A DNA stretch of 64,000 nucleotides from Tubiluchus corallicola (taxonomy: Eukaryota; Animalia; Priapulida). Below are positions 21,635 through 32,417 of the stretch, piece by piece. A program made the translations under genes and the position numbers. Each line of letters begins with the position of its first letter. The stretch's first letter is position 1. The stretch covers positions 250,941 to 314,940 of the forward strand of contig JAQGDQ010000265.1 in NCBI GenBank assembly GCA_030141605.1, read 5' to 3'. The notes under the pieces were generated by a model. The model searched no databases. It worked only from the letters and a program-made list of their open reading frames with translations, and was not told the DNA's origin.

Positions 21635-21840
21635 ACTGTATGGTGGAATTTTCCTTTTCAGGGAAATCCGTAATATGGGAATCCGGTGGCTTGTTATTTT
21701 AACAGGGAGTCCGGAGCTGTACCCGCAGCTGTAAGTCCGCCCTTTTTTGGGAAGCGGTTTTTCTATACCCTGCCACTGTCTGTAAGTTATGTAGATGGGA
21801 AGGCGCTGAAAACCGGGACGAGCCAGAAGACCTGCCATAT
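21635..21840 (+). ncRNA. Cobalamin (B12) riboswitch
   Basis: GGGAATCCGGTG, CCGGAGCTGTACCCGCAGCTGTAA, GCCACTG, GGGAAGG and B12-box GAGCCAGAAGACCTGCC, upstream of btu genes. Ends are approximate. Confidence 0.93.
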
Positions 21841-21932
21841 TTGCTTTAAAAAATCGAGCTTCGGGAGGTTAAGATTCGTGATAGGCTGTTAAATACATGT
21901 AGTGTTTCCGAAGGTTAAAATTAATGTAGTGT

Positions 21933-22781
21933 ATGAAAAAGAGCAGCTATTATAACATTGCTATATTCACACTTTTCGTTGTGTCATTTTTTGTTACGAG
22001 GGCTAAGGGCCAAGTTAACTGCATTGTTTCTTTGTCTCCATCATTAACAAAAAGTATATGCGTGTTGGGGTCTGAGGATAAACTTTTCGGATATACAAAG
22101 TACTGTGGGATTGTGCACCCAGACAAGGGAAGGATAGTTGCTTCAGGGATGAATGTGAGTGTAGAGAGAGTAATATCTATGAGGCCGGATGTGGTTGTTG
22201 CTTCATTGTTAACAAAACCTGAAGTTATTGCAGTACTTAAAAGTTCCGGAGTAAGGGTTGAGGTATATCCTTTGCCGAAGTCGTACAAGGAAATATGTAG
22301 TCAGTTTATTGATATAGGAAAGCTTGTTGGTGAGGAACAGCTGGCCAAAGCTATTGTTGAGAGAGAGAATATCAGGTTGAAAGAGATAAGGAGTGCCATC
22401 CCTTCGGAAGATTCTCTCAGGATATTTTTTGAGATAGGAGCGAGGCCATTGTTTACAGCTATTCCAAACAGTTTCTCGGACGATTATATACGCTACGCTA
22501 ATGGTGTAAATATAGCATCGGACTTGACAATGGGAGCTATTACACGGGAGTGGGTTTTAGTAAAAGATCCTGATGTTATTATTATCGCAGTTATGGGTGC
22601 TGCCGGGGAAGATGAGAAGTTGGAGTGGGAGAGGTATCCAAACTTGTCGGCAGTAAGAGAGAATAGGGTATTTACTATAGATACTGATGATGCTTGCAGT
22701 CCAACACCCGGGCTATTTGTGAACATGGTAGAGCAAATGGTCAATTTTATTTACCGAAAGTCAGGTGCGGCTCTTAAATAA
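21933..22781 (+). CDS. btuF: Cobalamin ABC transporter substrate-binding protein (BtuF-like)
   Basis: IVSLSPSLT, ERVISMRPDVV, DPDVII and AVRENRV helical-backbone motifs; downstream of the riboswitch. Confidence 0.8.
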   Translation: MKKSSYYNIAIFTLFVVSFFVTRAKGQVNCIVSLSPSLTKSICVLGSEDKLFGYTKYCGIVHPDKGRIVASGMNVSVERVISMRPDVVVASLLTKPEVIAVLKSSGVRVEVYPLPKSYKEICSQFIDIGKLVGEEQLAKAIVERENIRLKEIRSAIPSEDSLRIFFEIGARPLFTAIPNSFSDDYIRYANGVNIASDLTMGAITREWVLVKDPDVIIIAVMGAAGEDEKLEWERYPNLSAVRENRVFTIDTDDACSPTPGLFVNMVEQMVNFIYRKSGAALK

Positions 22782-23829
22782 TAAACATATTTCAATGAAA
22801 AAACGTATGGGGAGAAAACGGCTTATTGTTTGGGGTGGGTGGCTTATTGCATTTTGTATTGTGTCATTTGTTGTGTTTGTACATTCGGCATCAACGGGAG
22901 AGTTAAATATTCCATTTTTCAGTATTCCGAAAATACTTATACATGGGGAGGGAAGTATGGAGTACACTATTTTAACAAAGCTTAGGCTTCCACGCATCTG
23001 TTTGGGGATGGCAGTTGGTGGAGGGTTGAGCATTGCGGGAGTAATTTTGCAGGGAGTGTACCGAAATCCATTGGTGGAGCCATATACACTTGGTATTTCA
23101 GGAGGTGCCGGCCTGGGTGTTACATTAATCATTGTTTTAGGGTTACATCACATAATAAGTGTTTATATGTTGCCGGCAGCAGGCTTTGCCGGCTCTGTAT
23201 TAGCTATTTTTTTAGTGTACGTTCTAAGCACTAAAAAGGGTGGGATAAATGCCCACAATATGCTGCTGATTGGTGTGATGATAAGTTTTATGTCTTCTGC
23301 TATGATGATGCTTTTAATGTCCATTACCACATCTGAAAGCCTTTACAGTATAATTTTTTGGATAATGGGGTCATTGGATGAGCCCAATCCGCTACTTGTA
23401 AATAGTGTGGTTGTTATATCACTGTTGGGGCTGGCCTTTTCATATATGTTTGTGAAACCATTAAATGCATTGAGGCTTAGTGAGAATGAAGCCCGGCATC
23501 TGGGTATAGATACAGAGAGATCGATACGTGTTCTCTTTATAGTTGCATCATTGCTTACAGGGGTGTGTGTTTCGGTAACAGGTGTTATAGGCTTTGTAGG
23601 GTTGGTTATTCCTCACCTGGTAAGGCAGCTTGTTGGTAACGACCACCGAATATTGCTGCCGGGGTCGTTTATTATTGGGGGAAGTTTTCTTGTATTATGC
23701 AATACAGTAGCTCATACTATTGTGGCACCCAATGTTTTACCTGTAGGTGTGATAACAGGTATAGTAGGGGGTGTAGCTTTTATTGTAATGATATGCAGAC
23801 ACAAAATGAGTATTAACAGAAGGAGATGA
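22765..23829 (+). CDS. btuC: FecCD/BtuC ABC permease
   Basis: LRLPR, RNPLVEPYTLGIS, EARHLG and GVIGFVGLVIPH motifs. The start may be slightly downstream. Confidence 0.85.
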   Translation: MRLLNNKHISMKKRMGRKRLIVWGGWLIAFCIVSFVVFVHSASTGELNIPFFSIPKILIHGEGSMEYTILTKLRLPRICLGMAVGGGLSIAGVILQGVYRNPLVEPYTLGISGGAGLGVTLIIVLGLHHIISVYMLPAAGFAGSVLAIFLVYVLSTKKGGINAHNMLLIGVMISFMSSAMMMLLMSITTSESLYSIIFWIMGSLDEPNPLLVNSVVVISLLGLAFSYMFVKPLNALRLSENEARHLGIDTERSIRVLFIVASLLTGVCVSVTGVIGFVGLVIPHLVRQLVGNDHRILLPGSFIIGGSFLVLCNTVAHTIVAPNVLPVGVITGIVGGVAFIVMICRHKMSINRRR

Positions 23830-24641
23830 AAGGATTTTTAAATATTGAAAGTTTTACGTGCGGGTATGGGAAAGGGTTTCATATTAGTAACGTCTGTTTG
23901 TCTATTAATAGGGGAAGCTTTACTGGGATCATAGGTCCCAACGGTTCTGGAAAGACAACTCTTTTTAAGGGAGTGACCAATGAGCTAAAGGCTAAATCAG
24001 GCTCGGTAAGTATTGATGGTAAGGATTTGGGGCTTATGTCTTTTAGAGAAAGAGCCAGAAATATAGCTGTCGTTTCTCAGTTTATTGAGCCTGCAGCTAT
24101 TACAGTTACGGACTATGTTTTAATGGGAAGGATATCTTACTCCCGGAGGTTTCAGTTTTTAGAAAGAGACAGTGATTTTGATATTGCTTATAAGTATATG
24201 AAGTTGACAGGTGTTTACCAGTTAAGGGATAAGTATATGTCAGAGTTGAGCGGAGGGGAGCAGCAGTTGGCAGGAATAGCAAAGGCTCTAGCGCAGGAGC
24301 CTAGTCTGCTGCTACTTGATGAGCCAACATCTCATCTTGATATATCGCACCAGACAATGATTCTGGATCTTATTCACAGGCTTAATACAGAATTGGAACT
24401 TACAGTATTGATGATTATACATGATCTGAATATGGCAGGAGAGTACTGTAGTTATCTTGTAATGATGAATGATGGTTGTGTACACTCTCACGGAGCTCCT
24501 GATGAGGTGTTGACCTATAAGAACATTGAGGATGTGTATAAGACAGTTGTTATAACACAGCAAAACCCGTTGTCGGGTAAGCCTGTTGTTTTTCCCATTT
24601 CAGGTAGGGTGTGTAAGCCGACGGATACACTGTCAATATAA
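23826..24641 (+). CDS. btuD: ABC transporter ATPase (BtuD/FecE-like)
   Basis: GPNGSGKT, LSGGEQQ, LLLDEPT and HDLN motifs. Confidence 0.85.
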   Translation: MKGFLNIESFTCGYGKGFHISNVCLSINRGSFTGIIGPNGSGKTTLFKGVTNELKAKSGSVSIDGKDLGLMSFRERARNIAVVSQFIEPAAITVTDYVLMGRISYSRRFQFLERDSDFDIAYKYMKLTGVYQLRDKYMSELSGGEQQLAGIAKALAQEPSLLLLDEPTSHLDISHQTMILDLIHRLNTELELTVLMIIHDLNMAGEYCSYLVMMNDGCVHSHGAPDEVLTYKNIEDVYKTVVITQQNPLSGKPVVFPISGRVCKPTDTLSI

Positions 24642-24828
24642 CTATGGTGATGAGATTTATAACTGGCAGTTACTACATAGAGCAGCTTTTTAGGCACCGA
24701 TGATCAGGTTTTGAGATTTTTTGCGGGACAAAATATTTTGGTGCAGGTTAAGGAGATGTTCGATGAGAAGCCATAGTTTGCCGGTGTGAATGAGGATTTT
24801 GAAGAAAATATTAATAAAAAGATGAGTT

Positions 24829-27021
24829 TTGCAAAGGTCTCATATTTTAACAATTAAAATTAAGAGAAGCATTTTATATAAAGTGCATAGGTGTGCTTGG
24901 TTGTTTTTACTATTACATGCTGTTTTTGATGTAGCCGCCACCACAGGAAGCGATACACTTAAAAATTATGATATAGAGGAAGTGGTTGTAGAAGCAACCC
25001 GCATTAATAGTAAGTTGAGAAGTATTCCGCAAAAGGTGGAGGTTATTACTTCTCAGCTTATAGAAAGTATTCCTTCTGAAAACCTCGCTGAGGCGTTAAA
25101 GCGATCTTCAAATCTTGATATTCTTCAGTATCCCGGGTTAATTGCAACTGTTGGTATGAGGGGGTTCTCTCCTGCAGCATTAACCAGAGGATATACTCTT
25201 ATTCTCATCAATGGCAGTCCGGCCGGAACAACCAATATAGCATCTATTAGCATGGATAATGTTGAGCGGGTAGAGGTTGTGAAGGGGGCATATTCTGTTT
25301 TGTACGGTTCCGATGCCATGGGTGGAGTAATAAATATTATTACTCAGCGGGGGAAAAGAGAGCCTCATGGAAGTTTTTCTTTAGAAGGAGGGAGTTTTGG
25401 TAGTTTTGGGATTAAAGCCTCTGCTGGCGGAAGTTTATCAAAGGACCTTATGTTTGCACTGGGTTTTTCACAACAAGAGCAGAGAAAGAACTATCGCATT
25501 GGGAAAAGAAATCTACTAGAAGTGTCTGCGCAGGAGGTGCTTATGCTTGATAAAAATTCGTATGGTGACATAATGCAGAACTCAGCTTTTGAGCTAAAGA
25601 GTGTAAACGGGATGCTTGATTGGCAGGTAAGCAGTTATTGGAGAGTTGGCACAGAGGTTATGTATACCTTTGCGGAAGATGTAGGTGTCCCAGGTAATTA
25701 TTGGGGAGGGTACGAGCAAACAAAGAAGGATATTGACAATCTGAATATTTATGGGCATATTGAGCGGAAGCGTGGTAGTAATCTATTTATGCTCGCACCT
25801 TATTATACAAGGGTAGAAGATCCGAACTATTCAGATAATTCGGATGCTGGGTTTATCAATTTTGAGAGCTGTATAACAAAGTATGGCTTTAGGCTGCAGG
25901 ATAGTTTTGAACTCCCAGACATGAAAGTAGCTGTTGGAGTTGATTATGGTATTGACAGATATAAGTCGGAGAGATTTGGGGCAGATGGCACTCCTGAATC
26001 TCCATATGTGCCCGACAACCAAAATAGTAATGTAGGAGGCTTTATGCAGCTCACCTATTCAAACAACAGTTTTGATATAAATGGAGGGGTGCGCTATGAC
26101 CATTTTTCTTACCATATAGTGCAAAGCGACTTGATGAGTGCACTGGGAGCCAGTGAGAGTTATAATACCTTTAATCCTGGGGTTGGGGTACAGTATAGGC
26201 CTTTGGAAGGGTTCAGGATACACTCTTCATTTGGAACGGCATTTGTTGTTCCTGACGCTTATAAAGTTGCCGGTGAGTATAAGGTTTCAATGCCGGAATG
26301 GGGTTGGGAGCAATTATATGTTGGCAATCCTGCCCTGAGGCCCGAGAGGTCCCGCTCGTACGATATAGGAGCGAAATACACTCTTGCAGGAAAGGGTCTG
26401 AGTGTTGATATAACCTGGTTTCAAACAAAACATTATGATAAAATTGTAGAGAGAGGGCTAAGTACCGGAGAGAAGACATATATTAATGCAGATGAGTCGG
26501 ATATGAGTGGTATTGAAGTGGTTTCGGTTGTAAATTTGGGCTGTTTTTTTGATAATAGATTTATATTGGAGTTATACTCAAACTGGACGTTTATGGTTAA
26601 TGCAAGTGTTGTACAGACGCTGAGATCAAGTACAGAAAGAGATAGTATCGTTGTTCAGTATATGAGACATGTCCAGCAGCTCAGTGGAAATTTTGGGATA
26701 TATTACAAAAACAAAAATGGGTTTTCAACCAGGCTGCATGGTAGGTATATTGGACGCCGCCTGGGAGAGGATGATTTCAGTTATTTTCGTCCGGACATCA
26801 CTCCTGGAGATTATTATACAGGGGGAGGGTATGTTGAGAGTGATATGATTTTGAGATATCCCGTATCTTTAGTTTTTGACTATTCGATAGCATACGCTTT
26901 TAACAGTAACTGGGCATTAAAGTTAGCTATCTCTAATTTACTGGACGAAAACTACGCAGAAAAAGATGGGTATAATATGCCTGGTCGACAAGTAAAAGGT
27001 TGTATAGAGTACAGGCTTTAA
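24829..27021 (+). CDS. btuB: TonB-dependent receptor (BtuB-like)
   Basis: EEVVVEATR TonB-box region, VERVEVVKGAYSVLYGSDAMGGVINIIT plug motif, GNPALRPE and NLLDENY; riboswitch operon context. Start uncertain. Confidence 0.8.
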   Translation: MQRSHILTIKIKRSILYKVHRCAWLFLLLHAVFDVAATTGSDTLKNYDIEEVVVEATRINSKLRSIPQKVEVITSQLIESIPSENLAEALKRSSNLDILQYPGLIATVGMRGFSPAALTRGYTLILINGSPAGTTNIASISMDNVERVEVVKGAYSVLYGSDAMGGVINIITQRGKREPHGSFSLEGGSFGSFGIKASAGGSLSKDLMFALGFSQQEQRKNYRIGKRNLLEVSAQEVLMLDKNSYGDIMQNSAFELKSVNGMLDWQVSSYWRVGTEVMYTFAEDVGVPGNYWGGYEQTKKDIDNLNIYGHIERKRGSNLFMLAPYYTRVEDPNYSDNSDAGFINFESCITKYGFRLQDSFELPDMKVAVGVDYGIDRYKSERFGADGTPESPYVPDNQNSNVGGFMQLTYSNNSFDINGGVRYDHFSYHIVQSDLMSALGASESYNTFNPGVGVQYRPLEGFRIHSSFGTAFVVPDAYKVAGEYKVSMPEWGWEQLYVGNPALRPERSRSYDIGAKYTLAGKGLSVDITWFQTKHYDKIVERGLSTGEKTYINADESDMSGIEVVSVVNLGCFFDNRFILELYSNWTFMVNASVVQTLRSSTERDSIVVQYMRHVQQLSGNFGIYYKNKNGFSTRLHGRYIGRRLGEDDFSYFRPDITPGDYYTGGGYVESDMILRYPVSLVFDYSIAYAFNSNWALKLAISNLLDENYAEKDGYNMPGRQVKGCIEYRL

Positions 27022-27035
27022 GTTATCGGTTCAAG

Positions 27036-28403
27036 CTATATTTGAATGTGAAGCCAGTTGCTGTTTTTACCTGTATAACTGAAGTTTACATGTACTACCA
27101 TCCAAGGGACTGTAGGAATCATAAGTTGTAGCCCGGTGCCAACACCAACGATTGGTTTTGTTGTATAAATGCTGAGGTAGTTGTCGTTTCCATTACCCCA
27201 GTTTACATATACGGAATGTTCTATTGCGCCCCAGTTTTTATTGAGATAGGTGAAGTGCCCTCCTATATATGCTGAGTAAAAAGCCTTTCCCGAAATTTCC
27301 CCAGTCCTTATACCAAGGACATCGGATGCACCCCTGTAGTAGATTAGTGAAGGAAGATTGCTGGTTGTATAGGAGCTATTGAAAGATGAGCTAAATTGTA
27401 CTACTTTATTGAAAAGTTTATGATACTGCGCTTCAAAGTCCAGCGAGTAGTAGAAAAGGCTCTCGTTATTTAACCCTATTCCAAAGGTGTGGCTCATACT
27501 CGCCAAAGCTCCGTATTGTTGGTGGCGCATCTTATTTACTATGCCAATAGATTCACTAACAGAGATGCTCAGGTAGCTCACATTATAATCATCACATGTT
27601 GCAACTCCTTCAGTTATTAGGGAGCTGTTCGTTTTATGCTGAAATAGTGATAATCCAATGTCAGGGGAAAATGTATAGTAAAAGTCCTCATGGTAAGGGT
27701 TCCCAATATCCAAAGAAAGCAGGTCTGCAGAGTATCCAACTCCTGATATTTTTTCACCTTCTGAATAGCGATAGTTTTGAAACTTTCCTACAGATGCTGT
27801 GAATGATAAGGTCATATTACCATACAGCATTTGCCTGGGTAAAGCGAAATTTAAATCATAATTATTTCTAAGTGTTCCAAACTTACTTTCAATTCTGAAG
27901 TTAATATTTCTCCCAAGAAAATTACTATCATAAATTCCCAATTCTTTAACGTTATCTTCATTGCTGCCGCTAAAACCTACAATAGGCATGATGGTAAAGG
28001 CATCCCTTGCTAATATTCTCATTACAACTGATTTGTCTTCGAGAGTGTCAATGTTATATCCGACATCAACAAAGTTGCCGATATTCCAGATTCTTACGAC
28101 AGCAGTCTCCATCTGTTGTTTTGAAACAGTTTCTTTTGCTGTAAAATCCAGTTCTCTGAGTATAATTTTATCTCGAGTGTACCAGTTTTTTTCAATTGCG
28201 ATAGAATCAATATAAATATTATCAGAACTTTCGTGCTGAGAGAGAGCAACCTGCATACTAATGAGAAAAATACTTACTCCGGCAAGAAGACGCCTAAGAT
28301 AGAGCTTGCTTAACGGGTATTTATCAAAGTTGCAGGTTGTATGAGCTTTTTTACTTCTGCAAGCAGCAAGCATAAAATACATTAAAAATAGTTCTCTGGC
28401 CAT
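27036..28403 (-). CDS. POTRA-domain outer-membrane beta-barrel protein (Omp85/BamA-TamA-like)
   Basis: NWYTRDKIILREL POTRA-like motif, DSNFLGRN and an aromatic-rich barrel. The true start is probably downstream of 28403. Confidence 0.65.
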   Translation of the reverse strand: MARELFLMYFMLAACRSKKAHTTCNFDKYPLSKLYLRRLLAGVSIFLISMQVALSQHESSDNIYIDSIAIEKNWYTRDKIILRELDFTAKETVSKQQMETAVVRIWNIGNFVDVGYNIDTLEDKSVVMRILARDAFTIMPIVGFSGSNEDNVKELGIYDSNFLGRNINFRIESKFGTLRNNYDLNFALPRQMLYGNMTLSFTASVGKFQNYRYSEGEKISGVGYSADLLSLDIGNPYHEDFYYTFSPDIGLSLFQHKTNSSLITEGVATCDDYNVSYLSISVSESIGIVNKMRHQQYGALASMSHTFGIGLNNESLFYYSLDFEAQYHKLFNKVVQFSSSFNSSYTTSNLPSLIYYRGASDVLGIRTGEISGKAFYSAYIGGHFTYLNKNWGAIEHSVYVNWGNGNDNYLSIYTTKPIVGVGTGLQLMIPTVPWMVVHVNFSYTGKNSNWLHIQI

Positions 28404-28572
28404 TGATTATTTTCAAATGGGAATTTTTGTGTAAAATTAGCAGACTTTCTTGGGTAATCAAATCAAAAGATTTTAAACAGCAAAGTATAACTGTTGCAAT
28501 CTCAAATATAAAATTGTGGAATATCATTCAAAGTTTTACTTTTGTAGAAGTATTTTAATGTGATCATATTTT

Positions 28573-30396
28573 ATGTCAAAAAGTATTTCAAGCATATTAC
28601 TGGGGTGTGGATTACTACTTTTTTCCCTAAGTATTTCTCAAGTAGGATATTCTCAAAGTAGAGTTGAGAAGAAAGACTATAAGGAGACCTTTGATACTTT
28701 GAGGTGGAGTATGGGAGTAGTGGGAAGGCTCCTGTATTCAGGTGGTGAGTGGTATGTTACTGACAGTGCCTACCAAAAACCAATAAAAGGTATACTGGAT
28801 CATGCAGAGAATGCACCCATTGATACTATTGCTATAGATATGAACAGGTTATTGGATGACAATAGCGTAGTGTTTATTTTTGATCGTAACCCACAGGATA
28901 TAAAAGACTTTGAGCCTGTTTCGGGTTACATTATGCCTGACGAGCTAGATAAAATGGTTAAGGAGAGAGCTTCTGTTGTTACTGACAGTCTCCAAAAGAT
29001 ACATATCCCTGTTCCCGATGAACTATTTGACGATATTGAGTTGAAAGCGGGTCTAATGCCTGTGTTTGATTTTTATCCACACTTAAAAATGTATAATGAT
29101 TCACTAGAGGCAGTTTTTCGGGATTCTGTATCACAGAAATTTCGTGAAAGCTATATAGACTCTATTGTGGGTGTTGATGCAAAGCGATATGAAGCAGCTG
29201 TTGAGTGGCAAAATTTTGAACTGCTTTGTAGTTATAACGATCAGGCTGTAGAGAATATTAATGATTCTGTGCGGTTTGCACTGGATTATCTTACTCGCTA
29301 TGCTGAAGCTGATTCGGTACTTTTAAGAGTCAGTAATATTTCTGGAGATACTTCTGAGGTATGGACGGCCAACATGGATAAAAAACCAGTCCGTTTTTAT
29401 TTGAAGAATGAGCAGAATGATTCTTTGGGCGTTGTTTTAAGGAATACAGGAAAAGGAGATGTTCAAATAATAATTGACGATGGAGTGCGACTTGCGCGTT
29501 TTTCAAAAACTCAATTCAAAGGAGCACGGCTTAAGGAGAGGACGGTTGACAGGTCTTTAAAGGAGATAAAGCTTGAGACACCGAAAGCTTATCCGTGGGA
29601 TATGGGAGGGGAGGTCTCTGTCGGGATTAGCCAGGTGGCGATGGCCAATTGGGCACGAGGGGGTGAGCCATCAGGCTCTTGCTTGCTGGTAGGTAAGTAT
29701 AAGGTTTATCATTTGAGTGATAATGTAAAGTGGGAGAATGATTTTGAGGTTCGCTATGGAGGCTATCTTTCCGGAGGTTTCTTCAATAAAAGCGATGATA
29801 AAATGGAGGTGCAGTCAAGGTTTGGTTATTCTGCATTTAAAAAGTGGTATTATTCGGCGGAGAGTAATTTTCGCACTCAGTGGGGGCTTGGTTACAAAAA
29901 TGTTGAGGATGAAGTACCAATATCTGCATTTATGTCTCCCGGCTATTTGACATTTTCTATTGGGCTGGATTATAATCCGAACAAGGATTTTTCTCTGTTT
30001 ATATCTCCTATTACTACAAAAGTAACATATGTAAGCAATAGCAATATTGATCCTACTAGGTATGGCTTGGAGCCCGGAACAACACTACTGCGGCAGCCGG
30101 GTATGATTATGAAGTGTAATTATAAGAGGCAGTTTCGTGAAAATATAAGGTATGAGACGAAAGCCGAAATATTTAGAGGCTACGTGAAGTCAGATAAAAA
30201 CTTAAATGTAATATGGGATCAGCTATTGGTTATACAGGCTACCCAATATATTGATGTCAGGCTTGCAGTCAATATCATTTTTGATGAGAATGTTAAGTTT
30301 CCCATACTTGATAGTGAAGGGAACGAGACGGGAGATACAACAACAAAGTGGCAGCTTATGGAGGTGATGAATATAGGGTTTAATTATAAGTTTTGA
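28573..30396 (+). CDS. DUF3078-domain outer-membrane protein
   Basis: C-terminal SQVAMANWARGG, KSDD, FRTQW and FMSPGYL motifs; terminal YKF. Confidence 0.8.
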   Translation: MSKSISSILLGCGLLLFSLSISQVGYSQSRVEKKDYKETFDTLRWSMGVVGRLLYSGGEWYVTDSAYQKPIKGILDHAENAPIDTIAIDMNRLLDDNSVVFIFDRNPQDIKDFEPVSGYIMPDELDKMVKERASVVTDSLQKIHIPVPDELFDDIELKAGLMPVFDFYPHLKMYNDSLEAVFRDSVSQKFRESYIDSIVGVDAKRYEAAVEWQNFELLCSYNDQAVENINDSVRFALDYLTRYAEADSVLLRVSNISGDTSEVWTANMDKKPVRFYLKNEQNDSLGVVLRNTGKGDVQIIIDDGVRLARFSKTQFKGARLKERTVDRSLKEIKLETPKAYPWDMGGEVSVGISQVAMANWARGGEPSGSCLLVGKYKVYHLSDNVKWENDFEVRYGGYLSGGFFNKSDDKMEVQSRFGYSAFKKWYYSAESNFRTQWGLGYKNVEDEVPISAFMSPGYLTFSIGLDYNPNKDFSLFISPITTKVTYVSNSNIDPTRYGLEPGTTLLRQPGMIMKCNYKRQFRENIRYETKAEIFRGYVKSDKNLNVIWDQLLVIQATQYIDVRLAVNIIFDENVKFPILDSEGNETGDTTTKWQLMEVMNIGFNYKF

Positions 30397-30408
30397 TAAG
30401 CGTAGCCG

Positions 30409-31275
30409 CTATTTTATATATAGCGAGGCAATAACAAAGGCAGCAAATAAAGAACCTGCAGTGCCGTTAATTATTCCAAAGGTTTGTCCTACACTGTTTA
30501 AGCTCTGTTTTTTTATGGTGCTGTGCTGGTAATAAAGCAGCACAGCAAATAGCAGTGCTCCAATCCAGTATAGTGCTCCAGATGCAACAATAAATCCGGC
30601 GATTAGAGTAAAAATAATAGTTAATGAGTGCATTAGGGCAGACAGGGAGAGTGATTTGCTTACGCCAATAAGGGTGGGAACACTTTTTAACCCGTTCTGT
30701 TTGTCGAAGCTTATATCCATGCATGAGTAAATAATATCAAAGCCACTTACCCAGAAAAGCACGATGAGTGAAAAAAGTAAAGGTAGAGTGTTAAATTCTC
30801 CTGTGACAGCGAGGTATGCGCCAACCGGAGCGAGTGCCAGCCCTGCACTAAGGACAAAATGGCATAAAGGCGTAAATCTTTTCGTGTAGCTGTATCCAAG
30901 AATCACAATAAGAGCTACGGGAGAAAGCATGAAGCATAGAAGATTAATATACCACGTTACAAAGATGAATAGTGCTAGGTTTATAAGAACAAAATATAGT
31001 GCGCTTCTTGGCGCTATTCGCCCGGCAGGGATTTCGCGTCCTGAGGTTCGTGGGTTAGCTGCATCAATTTTCCGATCCAGATAACGGTTGAATCCCATTG
31101 CTGAGTTGCGTGCAAAAAACATACATAAAAGGACCTTTAACAGTGTGTCCCATGTAAATACACTATCTGTTCTGGTGATAGCCAGGAAAAAACCTATTAA
31201 TGCGAAAGGTAGTGCAAATACAGTATGTCCAAGCTTAACCAGGTTGGCATAGTTAACAATAAATTGTTTCATCAT
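30409..31275 (-). CDS. UbiA-like polyprenyltransferase (MqnP type)
   Basis: HTVFALPFA, ARNSAMGFNRYLDRKIDAANPRT, YSYTKRFT and GFDIIY motifs. Confidence 0.88.
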   Translation of the reverse strand: MMKQFIVNYANLVKLGHTVFALPFALIGFFLAITRTDSVFTWDTLLKVLLCMFFARNSAMGFNRYLDRKIDAANPRTSGREIPAGRIAPRSALYFVLINLALFIFVTWYINLLCFMLSPVALIVILGYSYTKRFTPLCHFVLSAGLALAPVGAYLAVTGEFNTLPLLFSLIVLFWVSGFDIIYSCMDISFDKQNGLKSVPTLIGVSKSLSLSALMHSLTIIFTLIAGFIVASGALYWIGALLFAVLLYYQHSTIKKQSLNSVGQTFGIINGTAGSLFAAFVIASLYIK

Positions 31276-31367
31276 GTTTTTTCTTACCTGGCAAAAGTAG
31301 GAAAGTTTTAGGGTTAAATAATTTTATTAGTTTATATTTTCCCTCCTGTTTATTTAGCTTGAAATAT

Positions 31368-32417
31368 TTATTTTAATTCTACAGTTCGCCCCTCTTCATT
31401 GCTTTGCAGACAAGCTTCAAGTAAAGATATTACATCTCTTGCCTCCTCGGGTTTTACCATTAGCTCTTTTTTACTTCTAATTGCATCGTAAAGGTTATCG
31501 TAAAATGCAGAATAGTTGCCTGGCACTGTCTCTATCACTCCTTCTATGTGCAGGTCGTCAGTTGTGGTGTTTATGATACCCCACTTATCTTTAGTTTCCT
31601 TTCCCCAGCCTTCTTCGTTAGGTAGGCGACCGATCTTTAGCATCTCTTCCTGAGGGTCAATACCCCACTTTATGAATGAGCCATTTGTACCATGCAAAGC
31701 GTATCTAGGTCCAGCCTCTCTTACAAGGTATGAGCATTTTATAAGTGCGTTAAAATCACCATAGTGGAGGCGTATGTCATAATAATCCGTTATGGTGCTA
31801 CCGGGGCGGTTGACCTGAAGGTGTGAGGTTACCGCTGAGGGCTTCCCAAATAGCACCAACGCCTGATCAACCATATGTGAGCCAAGGTTAAAGAGAACAC
31901 CCGCATATTTATTGCCTTTCTCTTTCCATGTGTTGGCCTGTATAAAGTTGCGGTAACGGTCATAGTGTGATTCGAATTCAACCAGTTGTCCAAGTTTTCC
32001 TGATTCAATAATTTTCTTCACAGTCATAAAATCGCCATCAAGTCTTCTGTTTTGATAAACGGTAAGCAGTACTCTTCTGGATTCTGCTAAGTTTATCAAT
32101 TCTGTAGCTTCCTTTGTTGTGTGGGTAAAAGGCTTTTCTATTACTACGTGCTTTCCGGCATCAAGAGCCTGTTTTGCCATTTCAAAGTGCAGGTGGTCCG
32201 GTGTGTTTACTATTACCAGCTCAACATTTTTATCATTTAATATGTCATTATATGACCTGACTATTTTAGAGTCCGGATACCTCTCCTTTGATAGGTTTTT
32301 TGTTCTCTCAAGTATTTTGTCGATTTTGAATTTGTTGTCTACAGCCAGAAAAGGGGCGTGAAATACCTGGCCGGACATTCCATATGATGCAAGTGCTGTT
32401 ATTATAGGTTTTTTCAT
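31368..32417 (-). CDS. Gfo/Idh/MocA-family oxidoreductase
   Basis: YGMSGQVFHAP, GKHVVIEKP, YQNRR and LGSHMVDQ motifs. Confidence 0.92.
   Translation of the reverse strand: MKKPIITALASYGMSGQVFHAPFLAVDNKFKIDKILERTKNLSKERYPDSKIVRSYNDILNDKNVELVIVNTPDHLHFEMAKQALDAGKHVVIEKPFTHTTKEATELINLAESRRVLLTVYQNRRLDGDFMTVKKIIESGKLGQLVEFESHYDRYRNFIQANTWKEKGNKYAGVLFNLGSHMVDQALVLFGKPSAVTSHLQVNRPGSTITDYYDIRLHYGDFNALIKCSYLVREAGPRYALHGTNGSFIKWGIDPQEEMLKIGRLPNEEGWGKETKDKWGIINTTTDDLHIEGVIETVPGNYSAFYDNLYDAIRSKKELMVKPEEARDVISLLEACLQSNEEGRTVELK

Noticed and set aside
21617-21892. 73-aa and 68-aa ORFs
   Set aside because: They overlap the cobalamin riboswitch, which explains the sequence.
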